64,000 nucleotides of DNA from a bacterium. GTDB taxonomy: Bacteria > Bacillota > SLNR01 > JBMNPB01. Every line of letters begins with the position of its first letter. The stretch's first letter is position 1. The notes below the pieces were generated by a model. The model searched no databases. It was not told the DNA's origin and saw nothing but the letters and a program-made list of their open reading frames with translations. A program made the translations under genes and the position numbers. Below are positions 10,632-19,173 of the stretch, in pieces. The stretch covers positions 24,163 to 88,162 of the forward strand of contig JBMNPB010000007.1 of NCBI GenBank assembly GCA_050943375.1, in the 5' to 3' direction.

Positions 10632-10823
10632 CTAAACTGATTTAAGGTTGGTCGGTCTGGCCCGGACCGATTCTCTCCACGGACCGTTATCCCTCAGGTA
10701 CTCCCGGGCAGAAACGGCGGACGAATCAGGCCGCACTTCACTCAGCAGATAATGGTTTTCCGCCAGGTACAATTTCCCCAGCTTCTTCATTTCCTGCGTA
10801 TGTTTATAGACCATTTGTCCCAC
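10632..10823 (-). CDS. hypothetical small protein (63 aa)
   Basis: The start is GTG, preceded by GAAGGAGGG 7 nt upstream. No family was recognised. It lies just downstream of the tandem P-loop ATPase, so co-transcription is possible. Confidence 0.4.
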   Translation of the reverse strand: MGQMVYKHTQEMKKLGKLYLAENHYLLSEVRPDSSAVSAREYLRDNGPWRESVRARPTNLKSV

Positions 10824-10981
10824 TCTGGCACCCTCCTTCTCCGCTTTTTGACCCCTGTATCATTACATTCTATGATTATCGCCACAAGATGCTGAAAGAC
10901 TTATGTCCTAATTCCGCTGGGATATTATCACAATTTCCCCCGGACAGGGAAGAAGCCGCCGCGGCGGCTTCTTCCCTGTCC

Positions 10982-12088
10982 TTATCTGAACGCCTTGACG
11001 TCGGCGAAAATACGGTCCAATGTCTTCTCGCGCAGCGCGCCGATGGCGGCAAAATCCATATGGGGGACATAATATGCCTCCAGGACGTCGTGGAGCTTTT
11101 TCGCCTGCGCCACGGCCTCTACCGCCCGGTCGATCAGTTCAGAGCAAAGGCGCCGATTGTCCGAAAGGAGATCGGCCGTCTGCTCCGCCGCTTCCATGTC
11201 GATACAATCATTCATATTAATGACCCGCCGAACGTTCGTCACCGGTGCAATGTGCGGCTCCGCCGCCACCGTCACTCCCACGCCAAGTTCCCCGATGGCG
11301 AGATGCTCAATTCGCCGCGGGTCGAGGGAGCAATGGAACATTTCCACGTCGTACCCTTTCGCGACGGCCGCCGCCGCCACCTTGACAAGCAGAGTAGATT
11401 TACCGGTGCCCGGCTCACCCTTGAGTACGTATTTTGCAGCCAACGGTTCAATAAGGGTATCCAGAAAATTGACCGGTCCGTCCGGGGTGATGGCGCTCCC
11501 GAACAAATGGCGCTCTTTGCCGGCGACGCCCGGCTTTCCGGCCGCCGGGATAATCTCTTCGATCAGTGCCGCCGCCTTTGCGTTCGCGACCGCCGGGTTC
11601 AGATTCTCAGTGTAGACGGACTCCCAGTCGTCGTGCACCGCCTTCGCCGCCCGCAGATAACGGTAAGCCCGGGCGAAGGAGCGTCCGACTTCTCGGGTAA
11701 CCCGAAGAATTCGGGCCTTTCCGGCCCGCAGCTCCGCCTCATCCCAGTAGTCGCCGAGATTAATGATCTCATCGACACAACCCGGATACTTCGGATCAAC
11801 CACATGAGGGGCTGTACCGTCGACTAATGCCACCCTAATCGCCGGGATGGCCACACCGTCGAGAGAGCCGCTATCCGAGGAACAATGATGCGCCTCCACA
11901 TCGTAGCCCCGCTCCAGCATCGTTTCAGCGATTCGGCGCATGAAAAAGGATTTGCCGACTCCCGGTCCTCCCTTCAATACCAAAATACGCGCCGCATCCG
12001 GTTCAATAAGATAATTGAAGAACGAGAAAAAGCCCTCTGCCGTATTCCCGCCCAGGAACATCCTGCGAATTGAACCTTTTAGTGCCAC
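10982..12088 (-). CDS. tandem double P-loop NTPase (two Walker-A ATPase domains)
   Basis: The ORF track over-extends to 12373. AAGGAGG lies 9 nt upstream of the GTG at 12088, giving a 368-aa product. It has two homologous halves, each with a Walker A motif (LKGGPGVGKSFF and LKGEPGTGKSTL) followed by GYDVE..HCS.D. Confidence 0.7.
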   Translation of the reverse strand: MALKGSIRRMFLGGNTAEGFFSFFNYLIEPDAARILVLKGGPGVGKSFFMRRIAETMLERGYDVEAHHCSSDSGSLDGVAIPAIRVALVDGTAPHVVDPKYPGCVDEIINLGDYWDEAELRAGKARILRVTREVGRSFARAYRYLRAAKAVHDDWESVYTENLNPAVANAKAAALIEEIIPAAGKPGVAGKERHLFGSAITPDGPVNFLDTLIEPLAAKYVLKGEPGTGKSTLLVKVAAAAVAKGYDVEMFHCSLDPRRIEHLAIGELGVGVTVAAEPHIAPVTNVRRVINMNDCIDMEAAEQTADLLSDNRRLCSELIDRAVEAVAQAKKLHDVLEAYYVPHMDFAAIGALREKTLDRIFADVKAFR

Positions 12089-12161
12089 GTATCCCTGCCT
12101 CCTTATACTATAATCGTTAAAGCGTAGTGCATTGTCCTGAATTATAGTATTGGAGTTGGGA

Positions 12162-12213
12162 CAAAAAGGTGCAGGAGCGAGGCACGGGTTTTCCCCGTGC
12201 TCACTCCTGCACC
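12162..12213 (-). terminator. rho-independent terminator after the selenoprotein peroxiredoxin
   Basis: A long imperfect hairpin (gtgcaggagcgaggcacggg-ttttcc-cccgtgctcactcctgcac) is followed on the minus strand by TTTTTG. Confidence 0.5.
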
Positions 12214-12320
12214 TGAATACCGGAAATAGATCTTCGAATCTCGAATTGACCTCCGCGGTTAAGTATTGTCTTTCAATACAGCAGACAAATACCCAAGATC
12301 TCACCAATCTCCAACATATT

Positions 12321-12911
12321 CTATTTTTCCGGCTTCCACTGCCGCCAGACATTACCGGCGAGTCCCGGCACAACCTTAAGCGTCGGTTTCCCTTCCTCCC
12401 AGCCTGACGGCATTACTTCGCCGGTAGCCTGGTGATGCTGATATGCTTTCAGCTGCCGCAGCAATTCACGCGGGTTCCTCCCAACCGGCGGGGTTAAAGC
12501 CTCCGCCGCCTGGATGATTCCATTCGGATCAATCAGGAAACGCCCCCGAATATTAACTCCGGCTTCTTCATCGTACACTCCATACAAGGATCCGATTTTC
12601 CCGCCCTGATCCGAAAGCATTGGGTAAGGAATACCGCCCTCAACCATATGCGATAATTCTGTTTCATTCCAAATCTTGTGCGAGTAAACACTGTCAGTAC
12701 TGACCGAAAGAACTTCGGCGTTCAGTTTCTGCAGCTCATCATAGCCAACGGCTATGCCTGATAACTCCGTCGGTCAGACAAAGGTGAAGTCACCAGGGTA
12801 AAAACAGACGATTACCCATTTGCCTTCGTAGTCTTCAAGAGATACTGTCTTGAATTCGCCTTTGTGGAATGCTTTAGCCTTAAACGACGGCGCTTTGTTG
12901 CCAACCAGCAT
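12321..12911 (-). CDS. selenocysteine-containing peroxiredoxin (AhpC/Prx family); in-frame UGA at 12776..12774 encodes Sec at the peroxidatic position
   Basis: The ORF track reports only the C-terminal 108 aa. Translating upstream from the ATG at 12911 (RBS GAGGAGG) gives [103 protein letters not shown]..., which stays in frame. The TGA replaces the Cys of the universal Prx motif FTFVCPTE. The full length is 196 aa. Confidence 0.8.
12740..12773 (-). promoter_or_regulatory. candidate bacterial SECIS hairpin(s) immediately 3' of the UGA
   Basis: mRNA: UGA-CCGACGG-aguuaucaggcauag-CCGUUGG gives a 7-bp stem with one G.U pair. An alternative fold is CAUAGCC-GUU-GGCUAUG, a perfect 7-bp stem starting 17 nt after the UGA with a G/U-containing apical loop. 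Confidence 0.45.
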
Positions 12912-12994
12912 TAATTACCCCTCCTCTATCTTTAATGAGTAATTGGTAGCTGAACATTGAATTCTTCAATTTCATTAGGAATCCTTTCAATCTA

Positions 12995-13027
12995 AATGAT
13001 AATAAGTATTATTTCTGCATTGTCAAA
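12995..13027 (-). promoter_or_regulatory. putative sigma-A promoter (TTGACA-16-TATTAT) overlapped by a Fur-family (PerR-like) AT-rich palindrome, ATAATAcTTATTAT
   Basis: On the minus strand the sequence reads TTGACAatgcagaaataatactTATTATca, about 85 nt upstream of the peroxiredoxin ATG. The palindrome covers the -10 and spacer, which is the usual PerR/Fur operator arrangement. Confidence 0.4.
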
Positions 13028-13040
13028 ATTCAGTACCCTG

Positions 13041-14114
13041 TTATATTGACCCATATCTTCTCCGCATTGAAGCCATTTTAACAATGCTGTCCACATTCAC
13101 CCGCAGCCAGTGTAAAGCACTGCCACGGGTTGCTTCATCCGGATGGTCGTAGCGCAGTTGCTTGATCCACTCCCAGATATCCTCCAGCTCACGGCGGATT
13201 GTATAGAACTCGAGCAGCCTCTCGCTGACACAGTATTCGGGCATGTATCTGCGGTATGCGCCCATAAAATCCTGCACGTATGGCCGTGGCAGGAGCATAT
13301 ACAAATCGTGCTCCGGCGGCGCCAGTTTCAGGTTCTCCCAGTCAACCAAGATCAGACGATCGCTAACCATCAGATTCCAGCCGTGAATATCAGTATGACA
13401 CAGCACAAAGCGATGTGCTTCGGCTTTGGTACTGTCGGTCAATTGTTTTACCCGCCCGCTCATTTTCAAAATTGAATCGATATTTGGTTCGATGACTACC
13501 CGGATATCTTCCGGCGCATCACTTAATTCAAGTTCTAAGTAAGCATCCAGCCCGCAAAACGGCAAAGTATAGTCCTCGGATAAACCGCCGGCCGGAAGCG
13601 GTACATTGGGTGTGGCGCTATGCAAGCGACCAACTACTTCTCCCAGATCCGCCATCTGGTCTGCACTAAGCCGGTTGTCACCAACCGTGACCCCTTCGAT
13701 ATAGTCGAAGAGCATGTAGTAATAGGCATCGTCTTCGCAGATGTATTTCCCATCAACCGTAACAACTGGGTTGACGATTCTCCCCTGAAGAGAAGTGTGG
13801 TCATGCAGCCATTTGGCAACAGGAAGATAGAACTGCGCCGGGGCAGTGAGTCTGGCCGTAGAGCTCTTTTCTTTGCTGTATGCTTTCAGGAAATACATAC
13901 CGTCGAAAGTCTCCAGCCGGAAGGCCAGAGCCGACCACCCGCCCGGCTGCGGAACAATCTTTAACGGAGTAATTCTGTAATATTTCTCTGCGCTGCCAGA
14001 TGAGCAGCGTAGTTCTCTCCCATTTCGGCACCTTCTCTTCATAAGATTTGTGTCAGGTATTGAGCAATTTGCAAGCAAGGATAAACTCCGGCAAAAGTCA
14101 GGTGACTTTGCCAA
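13041..14114 (-). CDS. phosphotransferase-family kinase (APH/CotS-like, PF01636-type)
   Basis: The ORF has a Gly-rich loop and catalytic Lys (PQPGGWSALAFRLETFDGMYFLKAY), a Brenner motif (HTDIHGWNLMV) and an IDWE-like metal-binding motif (LILVDWENL). The start is uncertain: the ORF begins at TTG, and an internal ATG at 14042 lacks an RBS. The family is common among spore-coat proteins. Confidence 0.6.
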   Translation of the reverse strand: MAKSPDFCRSLSLLANCSIPDTNLMKRRCRNGRELRCSSGSAEKYYRITPLKIVPQPGGWSALAFRLETFDGMYFLKAYSKEKSSTARLTAPAQFYLPVAKWLHDHTSLQGRIVNPVVTVDGKYICEDDAYYYMLFDYIEGVTVGDNRLSADQMADLGEVVGRLHSATPNVPLPAGGLSEDYTLPFCGLDAYLELELSDAPEDIRVVIEPNIDSILKMSGRVKQLTDSTKAEAHRFVLCHTDIHGWNLMVSDRLILVDWENLKLAPPEHDLYMLLPRPYVQDFMGAYRRYMPEYCVSERLLEFYTIRRELEDIWEWIKQLRYDHPDEATRGSALHWLRVNVDSIVKMASMRRRYGSI

Positions 14115-14597
14115 TATTCACACACCATAAGCTCGATGCATACTAAGAATATCGGTAAATTTACTGGCGCCAAGTAAACAAGGACCGCTGGCAAACATAC
14201 TCCCACGGTCTTTCCTTTCTTTCAAACCTTTGCCACCGCATAACGAAAACCGTGAACAAAATTGCCGCAGCCGGAAATGCATATATTCAAGATGCCATAT
14301 GTTCTTAACGCATGCCCGTCGGCAAGCTTAAACAAGCAGACCAATACGCCTTGTAAAGCCGCTTCCGGTCTTCAGTTGGGTTATGTGCCAGGAAGAGATC
14401 TCTGCATTAGACCACCCTTCGCCAATATCATACGCCGGTGATGACCAACCTGTCAACAATTGTAAGTTTAAATCAAACTTTCATGAATATCTAGCCTGCT
14501 CCTTTGCCGTACTGTCGGTAGGATACGCCGATACCGCCCAAATTAATAGAGAGACACCTTTCCGGGATGTCTCTCCTACTTCCGCTGTCTCTTGCCA

Positions 14598-15374
14598 CTA
14601 ACTCACCTTCAGCTGCATCCGCAACTTGTCAGCAGCGGTAGCGATGAACTCGGAATTGGTCGGCTTGTTCTGCCGCATCCTCTGCTGCCCGAACAACGCC
14701 CTGAGTAAATCGGCGTTACCACGGTCGCAGGCAACCTCGATGGCGTGACGAATCGCCCGTTCCACCCGTTCAGGAGTCGTCGCGAAGCGTTTAGCGACAG
14801 ACGGGTACAGTTCCTTCGTCACCGCCCCCATGATTTCCATGTCCTCCAAAGCGAGCAGGATGGCCGCCCGCAGATACTGATAACCTTTAATATGGGCCGG
14901 CACGCCGATATCGCGAATTAGATTGGTCACCTCTTCACCTGGGTCACGGCGCCCGTCCGGGAGCGGCGCGGGAGCATAACTGCAAGGTGCCTGGCCGCTG
15001 CTGATCTGGCGAATCCGGTGCGCGAGAGTATCGAGACTAAACGGCTTCATGATATAATAATCCGCCCCCGTCGCCATGACCTGCCGGGCAACATTCTCCT
15101 GACCGAAAGCGGTGAGCATGATAACTTTCGGCCGGTGCGGCAATTGCATCTGCTGCATTCTCTCCAGCACCCCGATGCCATCGAGGTGCGGCATGATATT
15201 GTCGAGCAGCAGCACGTCCGCGTCCGCGCCGGGCAGGATTTCCACCGCCTCGGCCCCGTTGCCGGCAACGCCGGTCACTTCCATGTCCGGCTGCCGGCAA
15301 AGATAATCTTTGAGAACCTGCCGGAATTCCTGACTGTCGTCGGCAATAACGATTCGTACTTTCTTTTCCCCCAT
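14598..15374 (-). CDS. spo0A: stage 0 sporulation protein A (Spo0A)
   Basis: The ORF track over-extends upstream. The true start, MGEKKVRIVIADD at 15374, is preceded by GAGGAGG. The protein has a receiver domain plus the Spo0A-specific C-terminal DNA-binding domain (YPSVAKRFATTPERVERAIRHAIEVA). Its length is 258 aa. Confidence 0.9.
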   Translation of the reverse strand: MGEKKVRIVIADDSQEFRQVLKDYLCRQPDMEVTGVAGNGAEAVEILPGADADVLLLDNIMPHLDGIGVLERMQQMQLPHRPKVIMLTAFGQENVARQVMATGADYYIMKPFSLDTLAHRIRQISSGQAPCSYAPAPLPDGRRDPGEEVTNLIRDIGVPAHIKGYQYLRAAILLALEDMEIMGAVTKELYPSVAKRFATTPERVERAIRHAIEVACDRGNADLLRALFGQQRMRQNKPTNSEFIATAADKLRMQLKVS

Positions 15375-15489
15375 GCGCCTTCCTCCTCTGTTTCGTCCAA
15401 TGATGCCGCCCCGCCGCTTGCGCCGGACGGTCGTTTCCGACACTTTTTTAACTTCTTTCCGCGCCGAAAACTGGCGGGTGCAAGTCAGC

Positions 15490-15590
15490 ACATGTAATAT
15501 TATACAGGCATGTCCCGGGGATATTATGCTGCAATGTGTCGAGACCACCCTGTTTCGCAAAAAATTTATCCGGGCATTACACCCGGATAA
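15490..15590 (-). promoter_or_regulatory. spo0A upstream region with an extended -10 (TGTATAAT), a 0A-box-like CTCGACA and a perfect inverted repeat ATCCGGG-N7-CCCGGAT
   Basis: All motifs were read on the minus strand. The -10 is at about 15505..15498, the 0A-like box at about 15542..15536 and the inverted repeat at 15568..15588. Confidence 0.3.
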
Positions 15591-15663
15591 AGAAGTCGCC
15601 CGCCCCAGCACTCCGGCACCGACCGCCGGCCGGGCAGTTACGCATCAACACCGGGGCCACAAG

Positions 15664-15695
15664 CAAAAACAAAAGGAGGACGGCCAGCGTCCTCC
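15664..15695 (-). terminator. rho-independent terminator after the P-type ATPase gene
   Basis: The hairpin ggaggacg-gccag-cgtcctcc sits 5 nt after the stop codon. The T-rich tail TTTTGTTTTTG follows on the minus strand. Confidence 0.55.
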
Positions 15696-15699
15696 CGGA

Positions 15700-18102
15700 T
15701 TAGGTTAGTTCAGCCTTTCCTGGCCGGAGCACCCGCATGGCGTTCAGAATGGCGAGCACGGCCACACCGACATCGGCGAAAACCGCCTCCCACAATGTCG
15801 CGATGCCGCCGGCGCCAAGCGCCAGCACAGCGCCTTTGACGGTGAGTGTCAGAATAATATTCTGCCAGACGATGGCGCGTGTCCGGCCGGCGAGCCGCAT
15901 CGCTTCGGCCAGTTTCGACGGCTCATCCGTCATAATTACCACGTCGGCCGCTTCAATGGCGGCGTCGGAACCGAGCCCGCCCATCGCCACCCCGACGTCG
16001 GCCCGGGCGAGCACAGGAGCATCGTTGATGCCGTCGCCGACGAAGATGAGATGGCCTTTGCCTTTCGTCCCGGCGATTTCCTCCAGCTTCGCCACTTTCT
16101 CATGGGGCAGGACTCCGGCGAAATATCCGTCCAACGCCAATTTCCCGGCGACGCGAGCCGCGACGGCCGGACTGTCGCCCGTGAGCATCAGGACTCGTTT
16201 TACCCCGCGGCGGCGCAGCTCCCGCACGGCCGCGGCGCTGTCCGCCTTGATCTCGTCGGCGATGAGAAGGTGACCGGCGTAACTTCCGTTCACCGCCACA
16301 TGGACAATCGTCCCCGCCGGCTCCGCCGCCGCCAAAGAAACCCCGGCCTGCTCAAGCAAGGCCCGGCTGCCGGCAAGGATAATGCCTTCCTCCGTCATCG
16401 CCCGGACACCCTGCCCCGCGACGTCCTCATAAGCAGTAACCTTCACCGGCGGGATTTCCCCGTCGTATGCTTCCCGGATTGACTTCGCAATCGGATGACC
16501 GGAATGAGCCTCCGCGAGCGCGGCCGCCGCCAGAAGGTTCTCCCGGGTCATCCCCGGAGCCGGAACAACCGCCGTCACTTTGAATACACCGCGGGTTAAT
16601 GTGCCCGTCTTGTCAAAAACAACCGTGTCAACATCGTTCAAAGCCTCCAGATAATTGCCGCCCTTGATCAGGATGCCCCGGCGGGAGGCGCCGCCAAGAC
16701 CGCCGAAGAAGCCGAGGGGAATGGAAATCACCAAGGCACAGGGACAGGAAATGACCAGAAAAACAAGGCCGCGGTACAGCCATTCGGCAAAATCCGCGCC
16801 GGGGAGAACCAAGGGAGGAATGACCGCCAGCGCCGCGGCAATCCCGACGACGGCCGGGGTGTAATAACGGGCAAACTTGGTAATGAAGTTCTCTGTCGGC
16901 GCCTTCTTGCTGCCGGCATTCTGTACCAGATCAAGGATTTTGGCCACGGCCGAGTCGCTGTACTCCCTTGTTACCGTCGCCAGGAGGACGCCGCCGGCAT
17001 TTATCGAACCGCCCAGAATCTCGTCCCCCGGTCCCACGGCCCGCGGGACTGACTCTCCGGTCAAAGCGGAAGTATCGACGAAGGACGTCCCCGTCCGGAT
17101 TATCCCGTCAAGGGGCACCTTTTCCCCCGGCCGGACGATAATTGCCGCGCCGACGGCAACCGCCTCGGGACTGACCCGGACGATCGCCCCGTCCTGCTCC
17201 AAATTGGCGTAATCAGGCCGGATATCGAGAAGGGCCCGGATGGAGCGGCGGGAACGATCCACCGCTGCCGCCTGGAACATTTCGCCAATCTGGTAGAAGA
17301 GCATCACGGCGACACCTTCCGGGTATTCCCGGATGGCAAAGGCGCCGACGGTGGCGACGGCCATCAGGAAATTCTCGTCGAGGAATTGCCCGCGGGCAAG
17401 GTTGCGGACCGCCCGGAGCAAAACGCCGCCGCCCGTCAACAGATAACTGAGACTGAAGAACCCGATTTGGACAGCGGCAGGCAGAGGCAGAACAAGCGCG
17501 GCGAAATAGACGAGGACGCCGAGTCCCAAACGGTACAAACTCCCTTTGCCGCCCGTTTCTGCCGCCGGGGCGGCGTCCTTCTCCCGGTCCGCCCGGACGA
17601 CGGTCACCACCGGCTCAAAACGGGCAACAACCCGGCGAATCTCACCTTCCAGCACTGCCGGGTCCCGTCGTGATCCCACCCGCAGCTCGCGGGTCATGAA
17701 AGCAAGCGCGGCATCTTCCACTCCGGGCAGTTCCCGAACCGCAGCTTCGATTTTGGCGGCGCAATGGGCGCAGTCAAGATTTGTCAGCCGATAAACGTGC
17801 CGGGGGGCTTGCGTCGGCGTTTTCTCCCGGACAGTCACTCCCGGCTCAATCTCGGCGATAAGTTCCTTAAGCGCAGCCGTGACGGCTCCGGGCTCAGCGC
17901 CGTCCGCTTCGACCGTGAGCGTCCCGGCCCCGAAATTCAGGTCCGCCCGACTGACGCTTGGCAATGCCTTAATTTGCGCTTCAATTTCGGCCGCACAACC
18001 GGCGCAGTGCAGCCCGCCCAAAGCATATTCCCTTCTGCCCGCCATTGCGTCATCTCCTTCGAATAAAGTTGGTTTTGTTGCCCCCTCCGGCTGCTTATGC
18101 AT
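15700..18102 (-). CDS. heavy-metal translocating P1B-type ATPase (Cd/Zn/Co-type, CadA-like)
   Basis: The 800-aa ORF has two N-terminal HMA domains (GLHCAGCAAEIE and LDCAHCAAKIE), the CPC transmembrane motif (SCPCALVISIP), the DKTGT phosphorylation site and GDGINDAP. Confidence 0.85.
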   Translation of the reverse strand: MHKQPEGATKPTLFEGDDAMAGRREYALGGLHCAGCAAEIEAQIKALPSVSRADLNFGAGTLTVEADGAEPGAVTAALKELIAEIEPGVTVREKTPTQAPRHVYRLTNLDCAHCAAKIEAAVRELPGVEDAALAFMTRELRVGSRRDPAVLEGEIRRVVARFEPVVTVVRADREKDAAPAAETGGKGSLYRLGLGVLVYFAALVLPLPAAVQIGFFSLSYLLTGGGVLLRAVRNLARGQFLDENFLMAVATVGAFAIREYPEGVAVMLFYQIGEMFQAAAVDRSRRSIRALLDIRPDYANLEQDGAIVRVSPEAVAVGAAIIVRPGEKVPLDGIIRTGTSFVDTSALTGESVPRAVGPGDEILGGSINAGGVLLATVTREYSDSAVAKILDLVQNAGSKKAPTENFITKFARYYTPAVVGIAAALAVIPPLVLPGADFAEWLYRGLVFLVISCPCALVISIPLGFFGGLGGASRRGILIKGGNYLEALNDVDTVVFDKTGTLTRGVFKVTAVVPAPGMTRENLLAAAALAEAHSGHPIAKSIREAYDGEIPPVKVTAYEDVAGQGVRAMTEEGIILAGSRALLEQAGVSLAAAEPAGTIVHVAVNGSYAGHLLIADEIKADSAAAVRELRRRGVKRVLMLTGDSPAVAARVAGKLALDGYFAGVLPHEKVAKLEEIAGTKGKGHLIFVGDGINDAPVLARADVGVAMGGLGSDAAIEAADVVIMTDEPSKLAEAMRLAGRTRAIVWQNIILTLTVKGAVLALGAGGIATLWEAVFADVGVAVLAILNAMRVLRPGKAELT

Positions 18103-18454
18103 GCCGGAGATGCTCGAGCCCCTGGGCGAAAAGGCTGTGGATATGGTCGTCGTCCAGGGAATAGAAGACGCTCTTCCCTTCCTTGCGGTATTTAACGAGG
18201 CGGAAACTGCGCAACAGCCGCAGTTGGTGCGATATCGCCGATTGGCTCATATCCAGCGCAGCAGCAATATTGCAGACGCACATCTCCTGCAGCGACAGTA
18301 AATGGATAATCCGAATGCGGGTCGGGTCGCCCAGCACCTTGAATAATTCCGCCAGCCCGAGGACCGTCCCGGCAGGCAGCAGGCAACGCCGGACATTCCC
18401 GACCAGCGCCGGGTCGACCGCGATGACTTCGCATCTGTCTTCCCTGGCCATCAC
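18095..18454 (-). CDS. ArsR/SmtB-family metalloregulator (CadC-like)
   Basis: The 119-aa ORF has an ArsR HTH (LGDPTRIRIIHLLSLQEMCVCNIAAALDMSQSAISHQLRLL). It overlaps the ATPase start by 8 nt, which suggests a cadC-cadA operon. Confidence 0.8.
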   Translation of the reverse strand: MMAREDRCEVIAVDPALVGNVRRCLLPAGTVLGLAELFKVLGDPTRIRIIHLLSLQEMCVCNIAAALDMSQSAISHQLRLLRSFRLVKYRKEGKSVFYSLDDDHIHSLFAQGLEHLRHA

Positions 18455-18585
18455 ACAACCCCCTTTATTATATATGAATAATTGCTCATATGTTTAATTA
18501 CATTATATAGTTCAGGCGGGAAATTGTCCATAAAAAAAGGAAGATTGCCGTTTTTCCGGCAATCTTCCTTCTGGCCATAACCGCC

Positions 18586-19155
18586 TCAGCGCAGCCCATT
18601 GATGATCGTGTCGACGAGCCCCGCATAATCGGCCGCCCCGTCGGCGTCGATAAGAACTTTTTTGGCGCTGTGCAGGCCAACCGTACCAACGATAACCAGA
18701 ACGGCCGCCTCCCGGTCGACGTCGGCGCGAAGCTGGCCGCTCGCGACGCCTTCCTCCACCAACTCCGCCAGCTGCCGGAACACAAGAATTTGCTGCTCCA
18801 GCAGAAAACGCCGGGTCGTCTCCGAAAAGAAATTGAATTGCGAGAAGAGCAGCAGCGTGTCGATCTGGTCATTCAGGAACCGGTGATGAAAGCGGGCATA
18901 AGCAAGGAGCTTCGCCCGGAAGTCAGCGCCGGCGGCGAGCGCTTCCTCCATTCCCGCCCGCAGGCGCGCGATGCTGACGCGGAGCATTTCGGCGAACAAT
19001 TCTTCCTTGCTGGCGAAATATTCGTAAATCGTTCCCTTCCCGATTCCAGCCGCCCGCGCAATATCCCTAACCTTGGCGCGCTCAAAGCCCTGCTCGGCGC
19101 AGACCTTGAGCGCCGCCTCGATAATCTCGTTCCTTTTTTTGTCGCTCAGCGTCAT
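18586..19155 (-). CDS. TetR/AcrR-family transcriptional regulator
   Basis: The ORF has an N-terminal TetR HTH (RNEIIEAALKVCAEQGFERAKVRDIARAAGIGKGTIYEYFASKEELF). It is the last gene of the efflux operon. Confidence 0.8.
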   Translation of the reverse strand: MTLSDKKRNEIIEAALKVCAEQGFERAKVRDIARAAGIGKGTIYEYFASKEELFAEMLRVSIARLRAGMEEALAAGADFRAKLLAYARFHHRFLNDQIDTLLLFSQFNFFSETTRRFLLEQQILVFRQLAELVEEGVASGQLRADVDREAAVLVIVGTVGLHSAKKVLIDADGAADYAGLVDTIINGLR

Positions 19156-19173
19156 CTTAGCGCCTCCGTCCGC

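Noticed and set aside
12088-12373. ORF-track N-terminal extension of the ATPase (95 extra codons) overlapping the peroxiredoxin 3' end
   Set aside because: The extension has no RBS or domain. It crosses the peroxiredoxin terminator hairpin. A strong AAGGAGG-GTG start lies at 12088.
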